A model generated the notes under the pieces. That model saw only the letters and a program-made list of their open reading frames with translations. It was not told the DNA's origin and made no database searches. Below are positions 41,924 to 54,530 of a stretch of 64,000 nucleotides of DNA, one piece after another (the first letter of the stretch is position 1; every line of letters begins with the position of its first letter). The DNA comes from Obrimoposthia wandeli. Its lineage: Eukaryota. A program made the position numbers and the translations under genes. Location: the NCBI GenBank assembly GCA_977020255.1, contig CDROCS010000506.1, forward strand, positions 2,480,001 through 2,544,000, written 5' to 3'.

Positions 41924-41960
41924 AAAAAACCCAAGACGAGTAAATCGCTTGGGTTTTTTT
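41924..41960. terminator. Bidirectional terminator between the phn operon and accC
   Basis: AAAAAACCCAAG...CTTGGGTTTTTTT. Confidence 0.8.
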
Positions 41961-42003
41961 GATCTTCAATGAGCTTAACGCTTATCTAGCACTGATTTAG
42001 TGC

Positions 42004-43362
42004 CTATTTTGCATCTTGCGCTTTCAGCGCTAATTTCTTCTCTAAATAATGGATGTTAGTGCCACCATTTTGGAAGTTTTCATCTTTTAAAATTTCAAGA
42101 TGCAGTGGGATATTAGTCTTGATACCATCAATAACCATTTCGCTTAATGCATTACGCATTCTGGCGATCGCTACGTCACGATTTTCACCGAAAGTAATTA
42201 ACTTACCGATCATTGAATCGTAGTGCGGTGGTACTTTATAACCCGCATAAACATGCGATTCCCAACGAACACCAAAACCGCCAGCGGCATGGAAACGTTT
42301 GATTTGACCAGGACTTGGAATAAATGTCACTGGATCTTCAGCGTTAATACGGCACTCAATTGAATGGCCGGTTAAACGAACTTCATCTTGTGATATCGTT
42401 AATGGCATACCAGCAGCAACACGTAACTGTGCTTTGATTAAATCAATGCCAGTAACCATTTCTGTGATGGTATGTTCAACTTGAATACGGGTATTCATTT
42501 CGATGAAATAGAATTCGCCATTTTCATACAAGAATTCGAACGTACCCGCACCACGGTAGTTGATATCAACACAGGCACGGCTACAACGTTCACCAATATG
42601 GCGACGTAGATCAGCGGTAATCCCCGGTGCTGGTGCTTCTTCAACTACTTTTTGGTGACGACGTTGTAATGAACAATCACGTTCACCAAGGTGGATCGCG
42701 TTGCCTTGACCGTCAGCCAATATTTGAACTTCGATGTGACGTGGGTTTTCTAGGAATTTCTCCATGTAAACCATGTCATTGCCAAAGAATGAACCGGCTT
42801 CGTTACGCGTTAGCGCAATAGAGTCAAGCAAGTCTGCTTCTTCATGAACCACACGCATACCACGACCACCGCCACCACCGGCAGCTTTAATAATGATCGG
42901 GTAACCGATGCGCTTAGCAATTTTCTTATTACGTTGTGCGTCAGTATCAAGTGGACCATCAGAACCTGGAACACAAGGTACGCCGGCTTTTTTCATTGCC
43001 GCAATCGCAGATACTTTATCGCCCATTAAACGAATAGTTTCAGCTTTAGGACCGATGAAAATAAAACCAGAATGTTCAACTTGTTCAGCAAAATCAGCGT
43101 TTTCAGCTAAGAAACCATAACCAGGGTGAACGGCAACCGCGCCCGTGATCTCTGCTGCACTTAAGATAGCTGGTACATTTAAATAACTGTCTACAGCCGC
43201 TGGTTTACCAATGCAAACTGTCTCATCAGCTAATAATACGTGTTTTAATTCACGATCTGCTGTTGAGTGAACGGCAACAGTTTTGATGCCTAATTCTTTA
43301 CAAGCGCGAAGAATACGTAGTGCAATTTCGCCGCGATTGGCGATAACAACTTTATCCAACAT
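42004..43362 (-). CDS. accC: Acetyl-CoA carboxylase biotin carboxylase subunit
   Basis: [35 protein letters not shown]. Confidence 0.98.
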   Translation of the reverse strand: MLDKVVIANRGEIALRILRACKELGIKTVAVHSTADRELKHVLLADETVCIGKPAAVDSYLNVPAILSAAEITGAVAVHPGYGFLAENADFAEQVEHSGFIFIGPKAETIRLMGDKVSAIAAMKKAGVPCVPGSDGPLDTDAQRNKKIAKRIGYPIIIKAAGGGGGRGMRVVHEEADLLDSIALTRNEAGSFFGNDMVYMEKFLENPRHIEVQILADGQGNAIHLGERDCSLQRRHQKVVEEAPAPGITADLRRHIGERCSRACVDINYRGAGTFEFLYENGEFYFIEMNTRIQVEHTITEMVTGIDLIKAQLRVAAGMPLTISQDEVRLTGHSIECRINAEDPVTFIPSPGQIKRFHAAGGFGVRWESHVYAGYKVPPHYDSMIGKLITFGENRDVAIARMRNALSEMVIDGIKTNIPLHLEILKDENFQNGGTNIHYLEKKLALKAQDAK

Positions 43363-43376
43363 TGTAAACTCCGTCG

Positions 43377-43826
43377 TTATTCAATGATGAAAAGAGGTTC
43401 ATCAAACTCAATAGCTTGACCGTCTGTCGCTAGGATAGCTTTCACTACGCCGGCTTTATCTGATTCAATTTGGTTCATCATTTTCATTGCTTCTAAGATA
43501 CAAAGTGTATCGCCAACATTTACTGTTTGGCCAATCGCAACAAAAGGTGCAGCACCTGGAGATACTGCATTATAGAAAGTACCAACCATAGGAGAACGAA
43601 CTTGATGGCCCGCTACTTCTGCTGGTGCAGCTTCAACTGCAACCGTTGGTGCCGCTGCGATTGGTGCTGCAGCTACTGGCGCTGGAGCATATTGCATTTG
43701 TGCCGGAGCTGTGCTGCTAAAACGATTGATTCGAACCGACTCTTCACCTTCAGAAATTTCTAATTCTGCAATGCCAGATTCTTCAACAAGTTCAATCAAT
43801 TTTTTAATTTTACGAATATCCATCAT
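43377..43826 (-). CDS. accB: Biotin carboxyl carrier protein
   Basis: [17 protein letters not shown] biotinylation motif. Confidence 0.98.
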   Translation of the reverse strand: MMDIRKIKKLIELVEESGIAELEISEGEESVRINRFSSTAPAQMQYAPAPVAAAPIAAAPTVAVEAAPAEVAGHQVRSPMVGTFYNAVSPGAAPFVAIGQTVNVGDTLCILEAMKMMNQIESDKAGVVKAILATDGQAIEFDEPLFIIE

Positions 43827-43836
43827 AATCTCTTTA

Positions 43837-44295
43837 TTATTTGTTGTTAGTTTGCTTTAGCTGTTTGACAGCAGAAAGCAGTGCAAATTCATAACCATCA
43901 GCACCGAATCCACAAATAACGCCCTTGGCGACATCTGACAGATAAGAGTGATGACGAAATTTTTCTCGTGCGTGTACATTAGAGAGATGTACTTCGATAA
44001 ATGGGATTGAAACCCCTAATAATGCATCTCTAATCGCCACGCTAGTGTGCGTATATGCCGCTGGGTTGATAATGATAAAATCAGTATTGCCCATTGCCGC
44101 ATGAATATGATTAATGAGCTCGTGCTCTGCGTTGGATTGTTCATGGCGCAGATCAATAGCGTGCTCAGTTGCAACATCGGTCAAATGTTCTACAATGTCA
44201 CTAAGTGTTTGATAGCCGTAAGTCTCAGGTTCTCTTTTACCTAAAAGATTTAGATTCGGTCCATTGAGTAACAATATTCTTGATTTGTTCGACAT
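43837..44295 (-). CDS. aroQ: Type II 3-dehydroquinate dehydratase
   Basis: [30 protein letters not shown]. Confidence 0.97.
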   Translation of the reverse strand: MSNKSRILLLNGPNLNLLGKREPETYGYQTLSDIVEHLTDVATEHAIDLRHEQSNAEHELINHIHAAMGNTDFIIINPAAYTHTSVAIRDALLGVSIPFIEVHLSNVHAREKFRHHSYLSDVAKGVICGFGADGYEFALLSAVKQLKQTNNK

Positions 44296-44641
44296 ATTGC
44301 TTCCATTGTCTGGTAAAATGACACTAACTTCGTAAATACTGCTTACATTGTTAGCCTTTCTGAAAACTCCAATTGTAGATGTTTATAAAATACAATTGTT
44401 GCTAATTCTCTACACATTATATGATTTTCGGAGAATATAACAGCATTTGACTGGTCTTATCTGATATTTTATTAAAGTTTAAACTCTAAGTAAAACCTAG
44501 CGCACATTATCAATTGGCTGAATGTCGGCGAGTTGGTGACGGGGATTTAAAACGAAAAAAATCGATGTAACTAAGGCGAAAGTTACACCGATAAAGGTTA
44601 ATCAAGCGCTAGCGGACAATTGCCCACTAACGGTTTTTATT

Positions 44642-46588
44642 TCAAGCTTCTTGTTTCTCGGCAATTAAAGTATCAACCACACTAGGGTCTGCTAGTGTTG
44701 AAGTATCACCTAACGAATCGGTGTCATTGGTCGCGACTTTACGTAAAATTCGACGCATGATCTTACCTGAACGCGTTTTTGGTAATGCCTGTGTCCAATG
44801 TAAAGTATCAGGTGTTGCAATCGCACCAATTTCACTACGAACCCATTGTTTCACTTCTGCAAGCAAGGCTGCATCAGGTTCTTCACCCGCATTCAGCGTC
44901 ACGTAGGCATAAATACCTTGGCCTTTAATGTCGTGTGGTACGCCGACAACGGCCGCTTCCGCAATTTTACTGTGCGACACTAGCGCACTTTCAATTTCAG
45001 CTGTACCCATACGGTGACCAGATACATTCAGTACATCATCGACACGACCGGTGATCCAGTAATAACCGTCAAGATCACGCTTCGCGCCATCACCAGTGCA
45101 ATACATGTTCGGGAATGTAGAGAAGTAAGCTTCCTCAAATCGATCTTCATCGCCGTAAATACCGCGCATTTGGCCAGGCCAAGAATCTAGAATAACTAAG
45201 TTACCTTCATTCTCACCCTCCAATATCTTGCCTTCATTGTCTACTAGCGCAGGGCTAATGCCAAAGAATGGGCGGGTTGCGGAACCAGGTTTTAGCATCG
45301 TTGCACCAGGTAGCGGCGTAATTAAAATACCACCCGTTTCGGTTTGCCACCACGTATCAACAATCGGTGTTGATGCGTTACCGATGGTGTTGTAATACCA
45401 CTGCCATGCTTCAGGGTTAATGGGTTCACCTACCGAGCCCATTAAGCGTAATGAGGTACGTTTGGTGCCTTTAATCGCATCGTCACCTTTCGCCATCAGT
45501 GCGCGAATGGCTGTTGGTGCTGTATAGAGCGTTGTCACTTGATGTTTATCTACAACTTGGCTCATACGTGCCGTATCTGGGTAATTTGGTACACCTTCGA
45601 ACAATACCGTGGTTGCGGCATTCGCCAGTGGCCCATAAACTAAATAGCTGTGACCGGTGATCCAACCGACATCGGCGGTACACCAGAATACGTCTGTGTC
45701 TTGATGATCAAAGACATATTTAAAGGTCATTGTGGCATAAACAAGGTAGCCACCTGTGGTGTGTAATACACCTTTTGGCTTGCCAGTAGAACCAGAGGTA
45801 TAAAGGATGAATAATGGATCTTCGGCATTCATTGCTTCAGGTGCACATTCAGTTGGTTGGTCTTTAACGACATCATGCCACCAAAGGTCACGGCCTTCAT
45901 GCCAAGCGATATCTGCTTTAGTGCGTGCGAAGACAATGACATTGTTAACAGTGGTCACTTGTGGTTTAGCTAACGCGGTATCAACGCAATCTTTTAAGCG
46001 AGTAATACGGCCAGCACGTACACCTTCATCGGCAGTGATGACTAATTTAGCGCCACAGTTATCAATACGGTCAGCCAGTGCTTCAGCGGAGAAACCGGCA
46101 AATACAATCGTGTGCACGGCACCAATACGGGTACAAGCAAGCATCGCAATCGCGGCTTCTGGCACCATTGGCATATACAGACAAACGACGTCACCTTTTT
46201 GAATGCCTTGGGCTTTTAACGCATTAGAGAATTGGCATACTTTTTCATACACATCTTGATAAGTTAATTTTTCAGAATCTTCTGGGTTATCGCCTTCCCA
46301 AATAATCGCGGTTTTGTTGGCGTTATCTTTTAAGTGACGATCAAGACAGTTTGCTGAGACATTGAGTTGGCCGTCTTGGAACCATTTAATGTCGACACTA
46401 CCAGGTTGGAAACTGGTGCTTTTAACTTGGCTATAAGGTTTTATCCAATCTACGATGTGGCCTTGCTCGCCCCAAAATGCTTCAGGGTCGGTAATTGAAT
46501 GCTTGTACATGGCTTGATAAGCACTGTCATTTAATAAACTGTTTTGCGCAAATTCTGCAGGTACCGGATATAGTTTAGTGTCGCTCAT
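44642..46588 (-). CDS. acs: Acetyl-CoA synthetase
   Basis: [31 protein letters not shown]. Confidence 0.97.
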   Translation of the reverse strand: MSDTKLYPVPAEFAQNSLLNDSAYQAMYKHSITDPEAFWGEQGHIVDWIKPYSQVKSTSFQPGSVDIKWFQDGQLNVSANCLDRHLKDNANKTAIIWEGDNPEDSEKLTYQDVYEKVCQFSNALKAQGIQKGDVVCLYMPMVPEAAIAMLACTRIGAVHTIVFAGFSAEALADRIDNCGAKLVITADEGVRAGRITRLKDCVDTALAKPQVTTVNNVIVFARTKADIAWHEGRDLWWHDVVKDQPTECAPEAMNAEDPLFILYTSGSTGKPKGVLHTTGGYLVYATMTFKYVFDHQDTDVFWCTADVGWITGHSYLVYGPLANAATTVLFEGVPNYPDTARMSQVVDKHQVTTLYTAPTAIRALMAKGDDAIKGTKRTSLRLMGSVGEPINPEAWQWYYNTIGNASTPIVDTWWQTETGGILITPLPGATMLKPGSATRPFFGISPALVDNEGKILEGENEGNLVILDSWPGQMRGIYGDEDRFEEAYFSTFPNMYCTGDGAKRDLDGYYWITGRVDDVLNVSGHRMGTAEIESALVSHSKIAEAAVVGVPHDIKGQGIYAYVTLNAGEEPDAALLAEVKQWVRSEIGAIATPDTLHWTQALPKTRSGKIMRRILRKVATNDTDSLGDTSTLADPSVVDTLIAEKQEA

Positions 46589-46884
46589 TGTTCTTCCTTA
46601 ATAATATTAAATTCCTTGTCCACATCTGGATGTAAGCATCTTTTATCGAGAGTTATGTTTACATCTGCTGTGAATAAAAATGCCATGGTCGCTAATATCT
46701 AGCAATACGACTTTAGTATTAATGATAGTTTTTTGTGATGATTTTGCTTTAATACGTAATTTTTTTTGATGAAACTGCGGCTAGATCATCATAATATTTT
46801 ATTGATAAATAGCGATTATCTATTACTAAGGGCGTAGAATGTCGCTCATTATTGGACTGATATTTCATTATTTAGGGATTAAAT

Positions 46885-48027
46885 ATGGGCTTTGCACTGC
46901 CATCATCAATATGGATGGGATTTTATTATGCTTTTTTCTTCGGGGTGTTTGGTATTCTGCTGCCGTTCTGGTCGCTATGGCTAAAAGGCGAAGGTATTTC
47001 TACAGAAATGATCGGCAGTATGCTGGCATTTGCATTGGTTGCTCGTTCTGCTGGCGCCTTATTATTGACCCGGAATTTAGTCTCTACAGCCTCGTTATTA
47101 ACTCGCGTTCAACGCTTAAGTCTCACGGCTATGGTGGCTTTTAGTGGTTTTTATTTCCTCGATAATGTCTACGCGATCTTCTTATTGGTGATCTTAACCA
47201 ATTTTATTTTTTCGCCTTTAATGGCTTTAGGCGAAGCCATTGGTGCCAAGTTAGTACGCTACAATAATATGGATTATGGCAAAGTACGCTTGTGGGGCTC
47301 GATTGGTTTTATGCTATCGAGTGCATTAACGGGTTTTCTTGTCGAAAAATTTGATCATAAAATTATTCTGCTGTCGATTATCGTTGGTTTGGGGATCTTA
47401 TTTTTTCTTACCATCACACCGGCTAAGAATATGCCTGAAGGTCAAAGCGCAGCGAGTAAACCCAGTTCTGGTATTTTGACGATATTAAAGCGTCCGGCAT
47501 TCTGGCCATTTTTAGCGATTACGTCATTATTACAGGGCGCGCATGCGGCTTATTATGGTTTTGGTGCAGTGTACTGGCAAGATATCGGTATTAGTGAAAC
47601 CTACATCGGTTATTTTTGGAGTGTCGGCGTTGTCGGTGAGATCTTCTTCTTGGCTTTTGGTAAACGCTTCTTTGGTAAAATAAGTATTGCCACGATGTTT
47701 GCCATCGCAGCAGCAGGTAGCGTACTTCGTTGGACCACATTAGGTTACGCTGTTGATGTTGCACCAATCATGGTGTCACAGTTATTACACGGGGTGACGT
47801 TTGGCGTTGCACACATGGCATCAATGCGTTACATGTCTGAATGTGTCAGTGAAGAAGATGCGGTCGCGACACAGTCTATCTATGCGGCGCTGCCATTTAG
47901 TCTCGCTATCGCTATGCTGACCTTTGTATCGGGATTATTTTATCCAATAGTTAAAGAAGATATCTTTATTTACATGGCGATTGCTGTCCTACCGGTATTG
48001 GTATTGGTCCGTAGTAAACATATCTAG
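46885..48027 (+). CDS. HcaT-like MFS transporter
   Basis: LPFWSLWL, DYGKVRLWGSIGF, AAYYGF, QLLHGVTF. Confidence 0.8.
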   Translation: MGFALPSSIWMGFYYAFFFGVFGILLPFWSLWLKGEGISTEMIGSMLAFALVARSAGALLLTRNLVSTASLLTRVQRLSLTAMVAFSGFYFLDNVYAIFLLVILTNFIFSPLMALGEAIGAKLVRYNNMDYGKVRLWGSIGFMLSSALTGFLVEKFDHKIILLSIIVGLGILFFLTITPAKNMPEGQSAASKPSSGILTILKRPAFWPFLAITSLLQGAHAAYYGFGAVYWQDIGISETYIGYFWSVGVVGEIFFLAFGKRFFGKISIATMFAIAAAGSVLRWTTLGYAVDVAPIMVSQLLHGVTFGVAHMASMRYMSECVSEEDAVATQSIYAALPFSLAIAMLTFVSGLFYPIVKEDIFIYMAIAVLPVLVLVRSKHI

Positions 48028-48108
48028 GCTAGCTACGTAGTCATATAAGCCTCCGACAAGGAGGCTTATTTCAATAAACGAGTACGGCTGTTTCTGCTGT
48101 GTTGCCTA

Positions 48109-49977
48109 TTACACGATGAACTTACTTAGAATGTTTTCTTGTTCTCGTACATTTTCGGTTTGAATCTTCATTGCTATATTCGCGTCATTAGCCCCTTCAG
48201 AAACTTGCACAGAAAAATCTTTAATTTTTAAAGTATTGGAATTAATTTCTTCTGCCACTAAGCTCTGCTCTTCTGCCGCTGAAGCTATTTGCATATTCAT
48301 ATCAGTGATGCACTGTATTGCATCTCGAATACGTTGCAGGGCATAGTTTGCTTCTAACGCTTTATTGACGGTACTTGCCGCACTTTCTTTACTTAACCCC
48401 ATAGCTTTGACCACTGAGCTTGTACCAGACTGAAGTTGCTCAATCATAGTACGTATTTCCATGGTAGATTCTTGTGTTCTTTGCGCAAGGCTTCTAACTT
48501 CATCGGCAACGACAGCGAAACCACGGCCTTGCTCACCTGCACGTGCCGCTTCAATCGCAGCATTCAGTGCCAGTAGATTGGTTTGGTCTGCTATATCGTT
48601 AATCACTTGTAAAACCGTCGCGATACTACCAGTGGCATTTTCTAATGATTTAACTTCGGCGACTGCCTCATCGATACGACCCGAAAGTTCATTGATAGAC
48701 TCGGTGGTATTATTCACAATCGAGGTGCCTTGTTGAGTCGCCTCATCAGCCTCTTGAGCTGCAGCAGCTGCGCCTTGGGCATTACCCGCCATATCCGTTG
48801 ATGTTGCCGCCATTTCATTCATCGCGGTTGCTAACTGCTCGAGTTCTTCAAGCTGATTTTGCATGGCTATTGTCGCGCCTTCCGAACCTTGAGCTGTCGC
48901 TTCAGCATTCTGCAAAATTTCGCTGCCAATCGATTTAAGTTGGGTGATCTGACCTTGTAAGTTTTCTGTAAAAACATTAAACCCAGAAGCAAGGATAGCA
49001 AACTCTTTATCAACATCCGTTTTGAGACGTTGCGTTAAGTCGCCATCTCCAGATGCTACATCTTGAATCGAATCACTTAAGAAACCCAGTGGTCGCATCA
49101 ATTTAGTAATCAATAGTAATAAAATAATAATACTTATAATCAGCGCGAAAACTGTAAATATTATCGATTCTGTACGCATTTTTGCCACCGAAGCAAAGGC
49201 GATATCTCGGTCAAGAGCGACACCAATAAACCAATCTTGATTCGGTACTTTGACAAAATCAAAAACAAACTCGGCACCGTTTATATCAACAGATTGGGCT
49301 TCTTGTTTAATTTCAATATTTGCTTGATAAGAGGTAAACGCTTTACCATTTTTATCTTTATCTGGGTGAGCAATTGTTGCGCCATTACTATCGACAATAA
49401 ATAGATAACCAGCATCAAATAGATCGACATTATTGACAAGTTCTGCAAGCCCTACAAGACTAACATCAAAAAATAACGCTCCCATAAATTGACCATTTTT
49501 GTTAAGCGGGGTGGCGATAGAAATCAAAATATCATTGGTTACAGAATCTGCATACGGCGCGGTGACAATAAGATCATTGGTGTTTTTTGCATCTTTATAC
49601 CAAGGGCGTTGGCGTGAGTCCCACGACGATCCTGGATCCCAACTCGCACTGCCTGAAATTGCTTTGCCATTAATATCTAAACCACCACCGACGAGTAGAA
49701 ACGGTTTACTAAGGGCTGGTTGTGCTAATGCGCTCTTGATTGCAGCGGGTGACAAGTCTTGCTGAGCAATCTCGGTGACATAGCGCGCAATATCTTTACG
49801 CCCTTCCATTTCAGCGACAACGTTATTTTTTACACTTTGCATTATATCGTCAATGCTGTGTTCAATCGTACTCTCAAGTTCTGACTGAACAGTCATGACC
49901 TGCTTTGCCGAGAGCAAGCTAACCGTCGTTATAATTAAAATGGAAGACGCAATAACAATTTTGTGGCTAAATTTCAT
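48109..49977 (-). CDS. Methyl-accepting chemotaxis protein with dCache sensor
   Basis: [48 protein letters not shown]. Confidence 0.93.
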   Translation of the reverse strand: MKFSHKIVIASSILIITTVSLLSAKQVMTVQSELESTIEHSIDDIMQSVKNNVVAEMEGRKDIARYVTEIAQQDLSPAAIKSALAQPALSKPFLLVGGGLDINGKAISGSASWDPGSSWDSRQRPWYKDAKNTNDLIVTAPYADSVTNDILISIATPLNKNGQFMGALFFDVSLVGLAELVNNVDLFDAGYLFIVDSNGATIAHPDKDKNGKAFTSYQANIEIKQEAQSVDINGAEFVFDFVKVPNQDWFIGVALDRDIAFASVAKMRTESIIFTVFALIISIIILLLLITKLMRPLGFLSDSIQDVASGDGDLTQRLKTDVDKEFAILASGFNVFTENLQGQITQLKSIGSEILQNAEATAQGSEGATIAMQNQLEELEQLATAMNEMAATSTDMAGNAQGAAAAAQEADEATQQGTSIVNNTTESINELSGRIDEAVAEVKSLENATGSIATVLQVINDIADQTNLLALNAAIEAARAGEQGRGFAVVADEVRSLAQRTQESTMEIRTMIEQLQSGTSSVVKAMGLSKESAASTVNKALEANYALQRIRDAIQCITDMNMQIASAAEEQSLVAEEINSNTLKIKDFSVQVSEGANDANIAMKIQTENVREQENILSKFIV

Positions 49978-50231
49978 ATAATTCCCTTTTAAGTGCTCTC
50001 TTTACAGAACTATTTTTCAGATACTTGATATTAAATATGGTATTTAAGATCTAATTTACGATCAATTCACCGCATTTATCAAATTAATGTGGCGAGAATG
50101 AGAGCTGGGTTTCGATGTTTATTATTTTATCGACAACCCAGAAAAATCAACTCATATAGTGATGCGTAGACCTGCCGTAAAGGAGTAAGTCTTATTAGGT
50201 AATATTGAGTTTAGTGACATTATTTACAGTA

Positions 50232-50690
50232 TTATTGGCTAATAAATGTTTTTGTCATGGGTGGGTAGCATAACCCTGCCACTGCACAACCTTGATAGTG
50301 AATGATGACTTCACTTTTGGCTGCTAGCTCGGCAATGGGCACTGACAACTGTAACTCGTACTGAAAAATTTCCACATCGCCAAAATATTCATCATGATAA
50401 TCTTTACCTGCAGGCAAGCCTTGGATCGTGTGTTCATTACCATTAATGCTAACACGCAGTTTGTTCTTATATAAATAATAACCGTCGCTAATTTGCCAGA
50501 ACACATTGAGCTGTTGGCCTTGCTGCAATTGCGAAAATACAAAGGCTTCTTCGACAGGTAAGAATGCCGGCGGGCTTTGTTGTTTATTGGCAAATAGGCT
50601 AAAATTATTATTGGCGAATACGGGTATTGTGCTTTGCAGTGCGAGGCTACTGGCTAATAATAGGATCGATTTTAGGTTCATTTTTTCCAA
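50232..50690 (-). CDS. Stand-alone DsbD N-terminal domain protein
   Basis: Signal peptide, FLPVEEAF, WQISDGYYLYK, QGCAVAGLCYPP; stop immediately after the domain. Confidence 0.8.
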   Translation of the reverse strand: MEKMNLKSILLLASSLALQSTIPVFANNNFSLFANKQQSPPAFLPVEEAFVFSQLQQGQQLNVFWQISDGYYLYKNKLRVSINGNEHTIQGLPAGKDYHDEYFGDVEIFQYELQLSVPIAELAAKSEVIIHYQGCAVAGLCYPPMTKTFISQ

Positions 50691-50892
50691 CTTTATGGTG
50701 TTTTAGTTGTCTTAATTACACTGTCTGCCAGTTAGTATTATGGACTATCTATTAGGCGAGAGCTTGAAAATGGGGCTAATGCCCTTATGTTACTTTATAT
50801 CATAACCGTTTTTTACGGATTTTGTAGATAAGTGCATGACAAGATTATTGCTTGTTATACTGTCTACCCCAACTGAATTTTGAGAGGTTAAT

Positions 50893-51429
50893 GTGTTAGG
50901 TCGTTTATTTTTCCTGTTTACTGCGATGACATTAATTGAAGTGTATGTACTAATGTCGATAGGCTCGTTATTAGGTGCAGAACTGACTATTGGTATTATT
51001 ATTTTAACTGCGTTTGCTGGTTCGTATTTAGTACGTAGCCAAGGCGTACAGACGGTGCAAAAATTACAAGCACGTTTAGCAGCGGGTGAAGCACCGGGAC
51101 AAGAGATTGTTGAAGGCATTATGCTACTTGTATGTGGTGTATTACTGGTTACCCCAGGTTTTGTGACTGATGCGTTAGGTTTGTTAGTCTTAACACCACA
51201 CATTCGTGGCCGTTTAGCTAAAGCCATTATCGCCCAGTACAAAGATCGTATTATTCCGCAATCGACGTTTACGGGTAATGCGCAAGGTTTCAGCTATTCA
51301 TCAACGCATTCTTCAAGCGAGTCATCACCATTTCAACAACCGCCAACGGCAGATAGCCAGGCTAAAAATGACGGTGCTATCGAAGGTGATTTTGTTGAAG
51401 TAAACCGCGATGATAATAAGCTTAATTAA
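50893..51429 (+). CDS. fxsA: FxsA membrane protein
   Basis: IEVYVL, LLVTPGFVTDALG, IEGDF motifs. Confidence 0.9.
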   Translation: MLGRLFFLFTAMTLIEVYVLMSIGSLLGAELTIGIIILTAFAGSYLVRSQGVQTVQKLQARLAAGEAPGQEIVEGIMLLVCGVLLVTPGFVTDALGLLVLTPHIRGRLAKAIIAQYKDRIIPQSTFTGNAQGFSYSSTHSSSESSPFQQPPTADSQAKNDGAIEGDFVEVNRDDNKLN

Positions 51430-51452
51430 TAATCGATAAACAAATACATACC

Positions 51453-51484
51453 AAAAGGCGCGGTCGAAAGATCGCGCCTTTTTT
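51453..51484 (+). terminator. fxsA terminator
   Basis: AAAAGGCGCGGTC-GAAA-GATCGCGCCTTTTTT. Confidence 0.8.
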
Positions 51485-51610
51485 GATCTTGCTTCGCTTG
51501 GTATAACTTATACTACTCCGCTATTGGTAAGCCTTGCACAGCTATGGTATTTATTAGGTATATAAAAAGTGGCTAGTCGAGATGGCTGGCGTAGTAGCTA
51601 AGGATATAGA

Positions 51611-52414
51611 ATGACTGGACAAACAAGACCAACAACAGAAAATGAGCTACAGGCCATAAGTCAGACAGGGAAAGTGATTTTGGTAGGCTCGGGTCCAGGT
51701 GATCCAGACTTACTCACCGTTAAAGCATTACGTCTATTACAACAAGCTGAAGTGGTTGTACACGACCGCTTGGTATCGGATGAAATCATCGCGTTAATCC
51801 ATCCCGATGCAGAATGTTTTTTTGTCGGCAAGCAAGCGGGCTATCATTGTGTCCCACAAAGCGGGATTAACGATCTGTTGGTTAAGCTAGCTTTGCAAGG
51901 CAAACAAGTGATCCGTTTGAAAGGGGGAGATCCGTTTATCTTTGGCCGTGGTGGCGAAGAACTCGAAGCCTTATTACCGTTCAATATACCTTTTGAAGTG
52001 GTGCCGGGTATCACGGCCGCGTCAGGCTGCGCTGCATACGCAGGGATCCCGCTGACTCATCGCGATTATACTCAAGGTGTGCAGTTTATTACCGGGCATT
52101 TAAAAGATGATGCGCATCAGCTAGATTGGCCGTTACTCGGAAAATCCACCAATACCTTAGTGTTTTATATGGGCTTAACCCAAAGCAGTGGTATTGCGAG
52201 CAACCTTATCGAGCACGGTATGGATGTAGATATGCCGGTGGCGATAGTGGAAAAAGGCACGAGTAAACAGCAGCGTACATTGCGCGGTTCATTAAAAGAT
52301 CTTGGTGATCTTGCCGCCCAAGCAGAAAGTCCGTCATTGATTATTATTGGTGGGGTAACGCAGTTGGCCAGCAAGTTAGATTGGTTTAGTGCCACGCTTA
52401 ACAGTGGTGAATAG
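51611..52414 (+). CDS. cobA: Uroporphyrinogen-III C-methyltransferase
   Basis: [39 protein letters not shown]. Confidence 0.92.
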   Translation: MTGQTRPTTENELQAISQTGKVILVGSGPGDPDLLTVKALRLLQQAEVVVHDRLVSDEIIALIHPDAECFFVGKQAGYHCVPQSGINDLLVKLALQGKQVIRLKGGDPFIFGRGGEELEALLPFNIPFEVVPGITAASGCAAYAGIPLTHRDYTQGVQFITGHLKDDAHQLDWPLLGKSTNTLVFYMGLTQSSGIASNLIEHGMDVDMPVAIVEKGTSKQQRTLRGSLKDLGDLAAQAESPSLIIIGGVTQLASKLDWFSATLNSGE

Positions 52415-52521
52415 CGCCATATAAAAAGAAGGTAATAAACAGGGTTATGCTAAACCAACTATCTGCAAGTTCAGTATAACCCTGATGACTTTTGTGTTTA
52501 CTAAAAGTGTAAGTTTAAACT

Positions 52522-53136
52522 CTAACCTAAACTTTGATAGCCTCGCACAAATAGACGCACAGAACGTTGTAAATAATGATTAATTTCCTGCTCTGTTAAC
52601 GACTCTTCAATATTAAACTCTAATCGTGTCCACTGCTCACCTTTAATGATCGCCAGTAATTGAATGGCGGCTTCACGGCAGTCTTCGATATCCAACTCGC
52701 CACGGCGATGATACTCGGCTAAACAATTGGCTAATTTATCGATAACAAATAGCGGGCCGGCTTCAAAAAACAATCGAGATAAGTGCGGGTGGGCAACACA
52801 CTCGGCTGCGCAAGTGCGATGTACGGCCATAGAGTCAGCTGATGTGATCATGGTAAAAAAGCCTTGTGCGAATAAGGTTAAAGTTGATTCAACAGGCCCT
52901 AGATTCTCAGGTAATAATTCGCTTACGCCCAATAATTCGCATTTATAACTGATGGCGGTAATAAATAACTCATCTTTATTACCAAAATGGCTGTAAACCG
53001 TCTGCTTAGAAACCCCTGCGAGTTTGGCGATGAGATCCATGCTGGTGGCTGCATAACCATGCTGGGTAAATTGCACTGTTGCTGCATCAAGTATTTGATT
53101 TCTTTTCAATTCACTTTTTATTCTAGGTTTAATCAT
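52522..53136 (-). CDS. TetR/AcrR-family regulator
   Basis: IAKLAGVSKQTVYSHFGNKDELF HTH; divergent from the RND operon. Confidence 0.92.
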   Translation of the reverse strand: MIKPRIKSELKRNQILDAATVQFTQHGYAATSMDLIAKLAGVSKQTVYSHFGNKDELFITAISYKCELLGVSELLPENLGPVESTLTLFAQGFFTMITSADSMAVHRTCAAECVAHPHLSRLFFEAGPLFVIDKLANCLAEYHRRGELDIEDCREAAIQLLAIIKGEQWTRLEFNIEESLTEQEINHYLQRSVRLFVRGYQSLG

Positions 53137-53209
53137 CTATTCACACCGCTAATAATTGCACATACATTTTTGTGACTAAATGTTGTATTTAAGTTAAATT
53201 TATTCAAAA

Positions 53210-53266
53210 TAGACTGTACGGTCCAGTTTGGTTTTGCTATCTTCTTGGCTAGACTGTTGAGTCTAG
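53210..53266. promoter_or_regulatory. Paired candidate TetR operators
   Basis: Perfect palindrome CTAGACT-GTTG-AGTCTAG (53249-53266) and degenerate copy TAGACT-GTAC-GGTCCA (53210-53225) in the tetR-RND divergent spacer. Confidence 0.65.
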
Positions 53267-53291
53267 TTTAGAAAAGGCCGAAACAAAAGCT

Positions 53292-54530
53292 TTGCGTGGG
53301 AAAGTGCGTAAAAAAGGGATATTGATTATGTTTAGAAAGAGTTACCTATCTGTACTGCATACAAAATCAGCACAATGGATAAGTATATTGCTATTTCCGC
53401 TCACGCTGCAAGCGTGCGGTGATGTTGTTGCTGACGAAACGCAGCCTGTGTCACAGTATTTACAGGCCAGTAGTGAACATTTAACACTACAAGACAGTTA
53501 CCAAGTCGAAAATAAATTTGTTGGTAAGGTGATTGCGCAACAAGATGCTAATTTAGGGTTTGAATTTGCCGGCATCATTAAAACCCTGCATGTGATTGAA
53601 GGGCAGCAAGTGAAAAAAGGCCAATTGTTGGCAGAGCTTAATACCGAGTTACTCTTAATCGAACGTAACCAGCTCGAAGCACAACTGCAGCAAGCGGAAG
53701 CCGAATTTGATTTGATCCAAGCCAATCTATCGCGTTTAAATTCATTGAGTAAGCGTGGTTTTACCTCAGAACAAAATATCGATGAGTTGTCGTCGCAAAA
53801 ACGTGTCATCGCAGCTAATATCCGCAGCACCTCATCAGGGCTGGATGCAAGTCAGTATCGTATTGATAAATCAAAACTGTTAGCGCCGTTTGATGGCATT
53901 ATCAGTAGCCGTCAAATTGCCCAAGGTGAAGTGGTTGCCGCGGGGTCTACAGCATTTAGATTGTTGCAAACCGGAGCCTCAGAAGTGACGGTTGGCGTGC
54001 CGGCTAGTTTTATTAAGCAGATTAAGGGTAAGGATCATCAGCTCGAGATCGCGGGTGCTAACTATCCAGCCACTTTATTAAGTATGGGTAATGAAGTGGA
54101 TACGGTGACGCGAACCATTAGCCTGCGTTTTGCATTAGCGGATAATAGTCCAGTTTATAATGGTCAACTGGCCTACCTAGCGTTGTCTCAAGCATATCAA
54201 CAACCGGGTTATTGGATCCCATTAAGTGCCATCACAGATGGGGTACGCGGAATGTGGAATATCTACACCTTAGATCAAGATATAGCGCAGCGGGATCTTG
54301 ATGATCCTACCGCTCTGGCACCGGCATTGTTTCAATTAAAAAGCACCACGGTGACGGTATTACATGCCACCGCAACAGCGGCTTATGTACAAGGTGATTT
54401 GAAGAGTAATCAAGCTTATGTTAATGCCGGTATTCATCGCTTTGTGCCGGGACAACGCGTAACGCTTAGCCATCAGCAAGCGTTTGCTAATAAAGCGGTT
54501 GGCGACAGTGTGTCGGAGAATAAAATATGA
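53292..54530 (+). CDS. RND efflux periplasmic adaptor (probable start 53328)
   Basis: Lipobox-like LQAC, GFEFAGII, VKKGQLLAEL, LLAPFDGII. Confidence 0.9.
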   Translation: MRGKVRKKGILIMFRKSYLSVLHTKSAQWISILLFPLTLQACGDVVADETQPVSQYLQASSEHLTLQDSYQVENKFVGKVIAQQDANLGFEFAGIIKTLHVIEGQQVKKGQLLAELNTELLLIERNQLEAQLQQAEAEFDLIQANLSRLNSLSKRGFTSEQNIDELSSQKRVIAANIRSTSSGLDASQYRIDKSKLLAPFDGIISSRQIAQGEVVAAGSTAFRLLQTGASEVTVGVPASFIKQIKGKDHQLEIAGANYPATLLSMGNEVDTVTRTISLRFALADNSPVYNGQLAYLALSQAYQQPGYWIPLSAITDGVRGMWNIYTLDQDIAQRDLDDPTALAPALFQLKSTTVTVLHATATAAYVQGDLKSNQAYVNAGIHRFVPGQRVTLSHQQAFANKAVGDSVSENKI

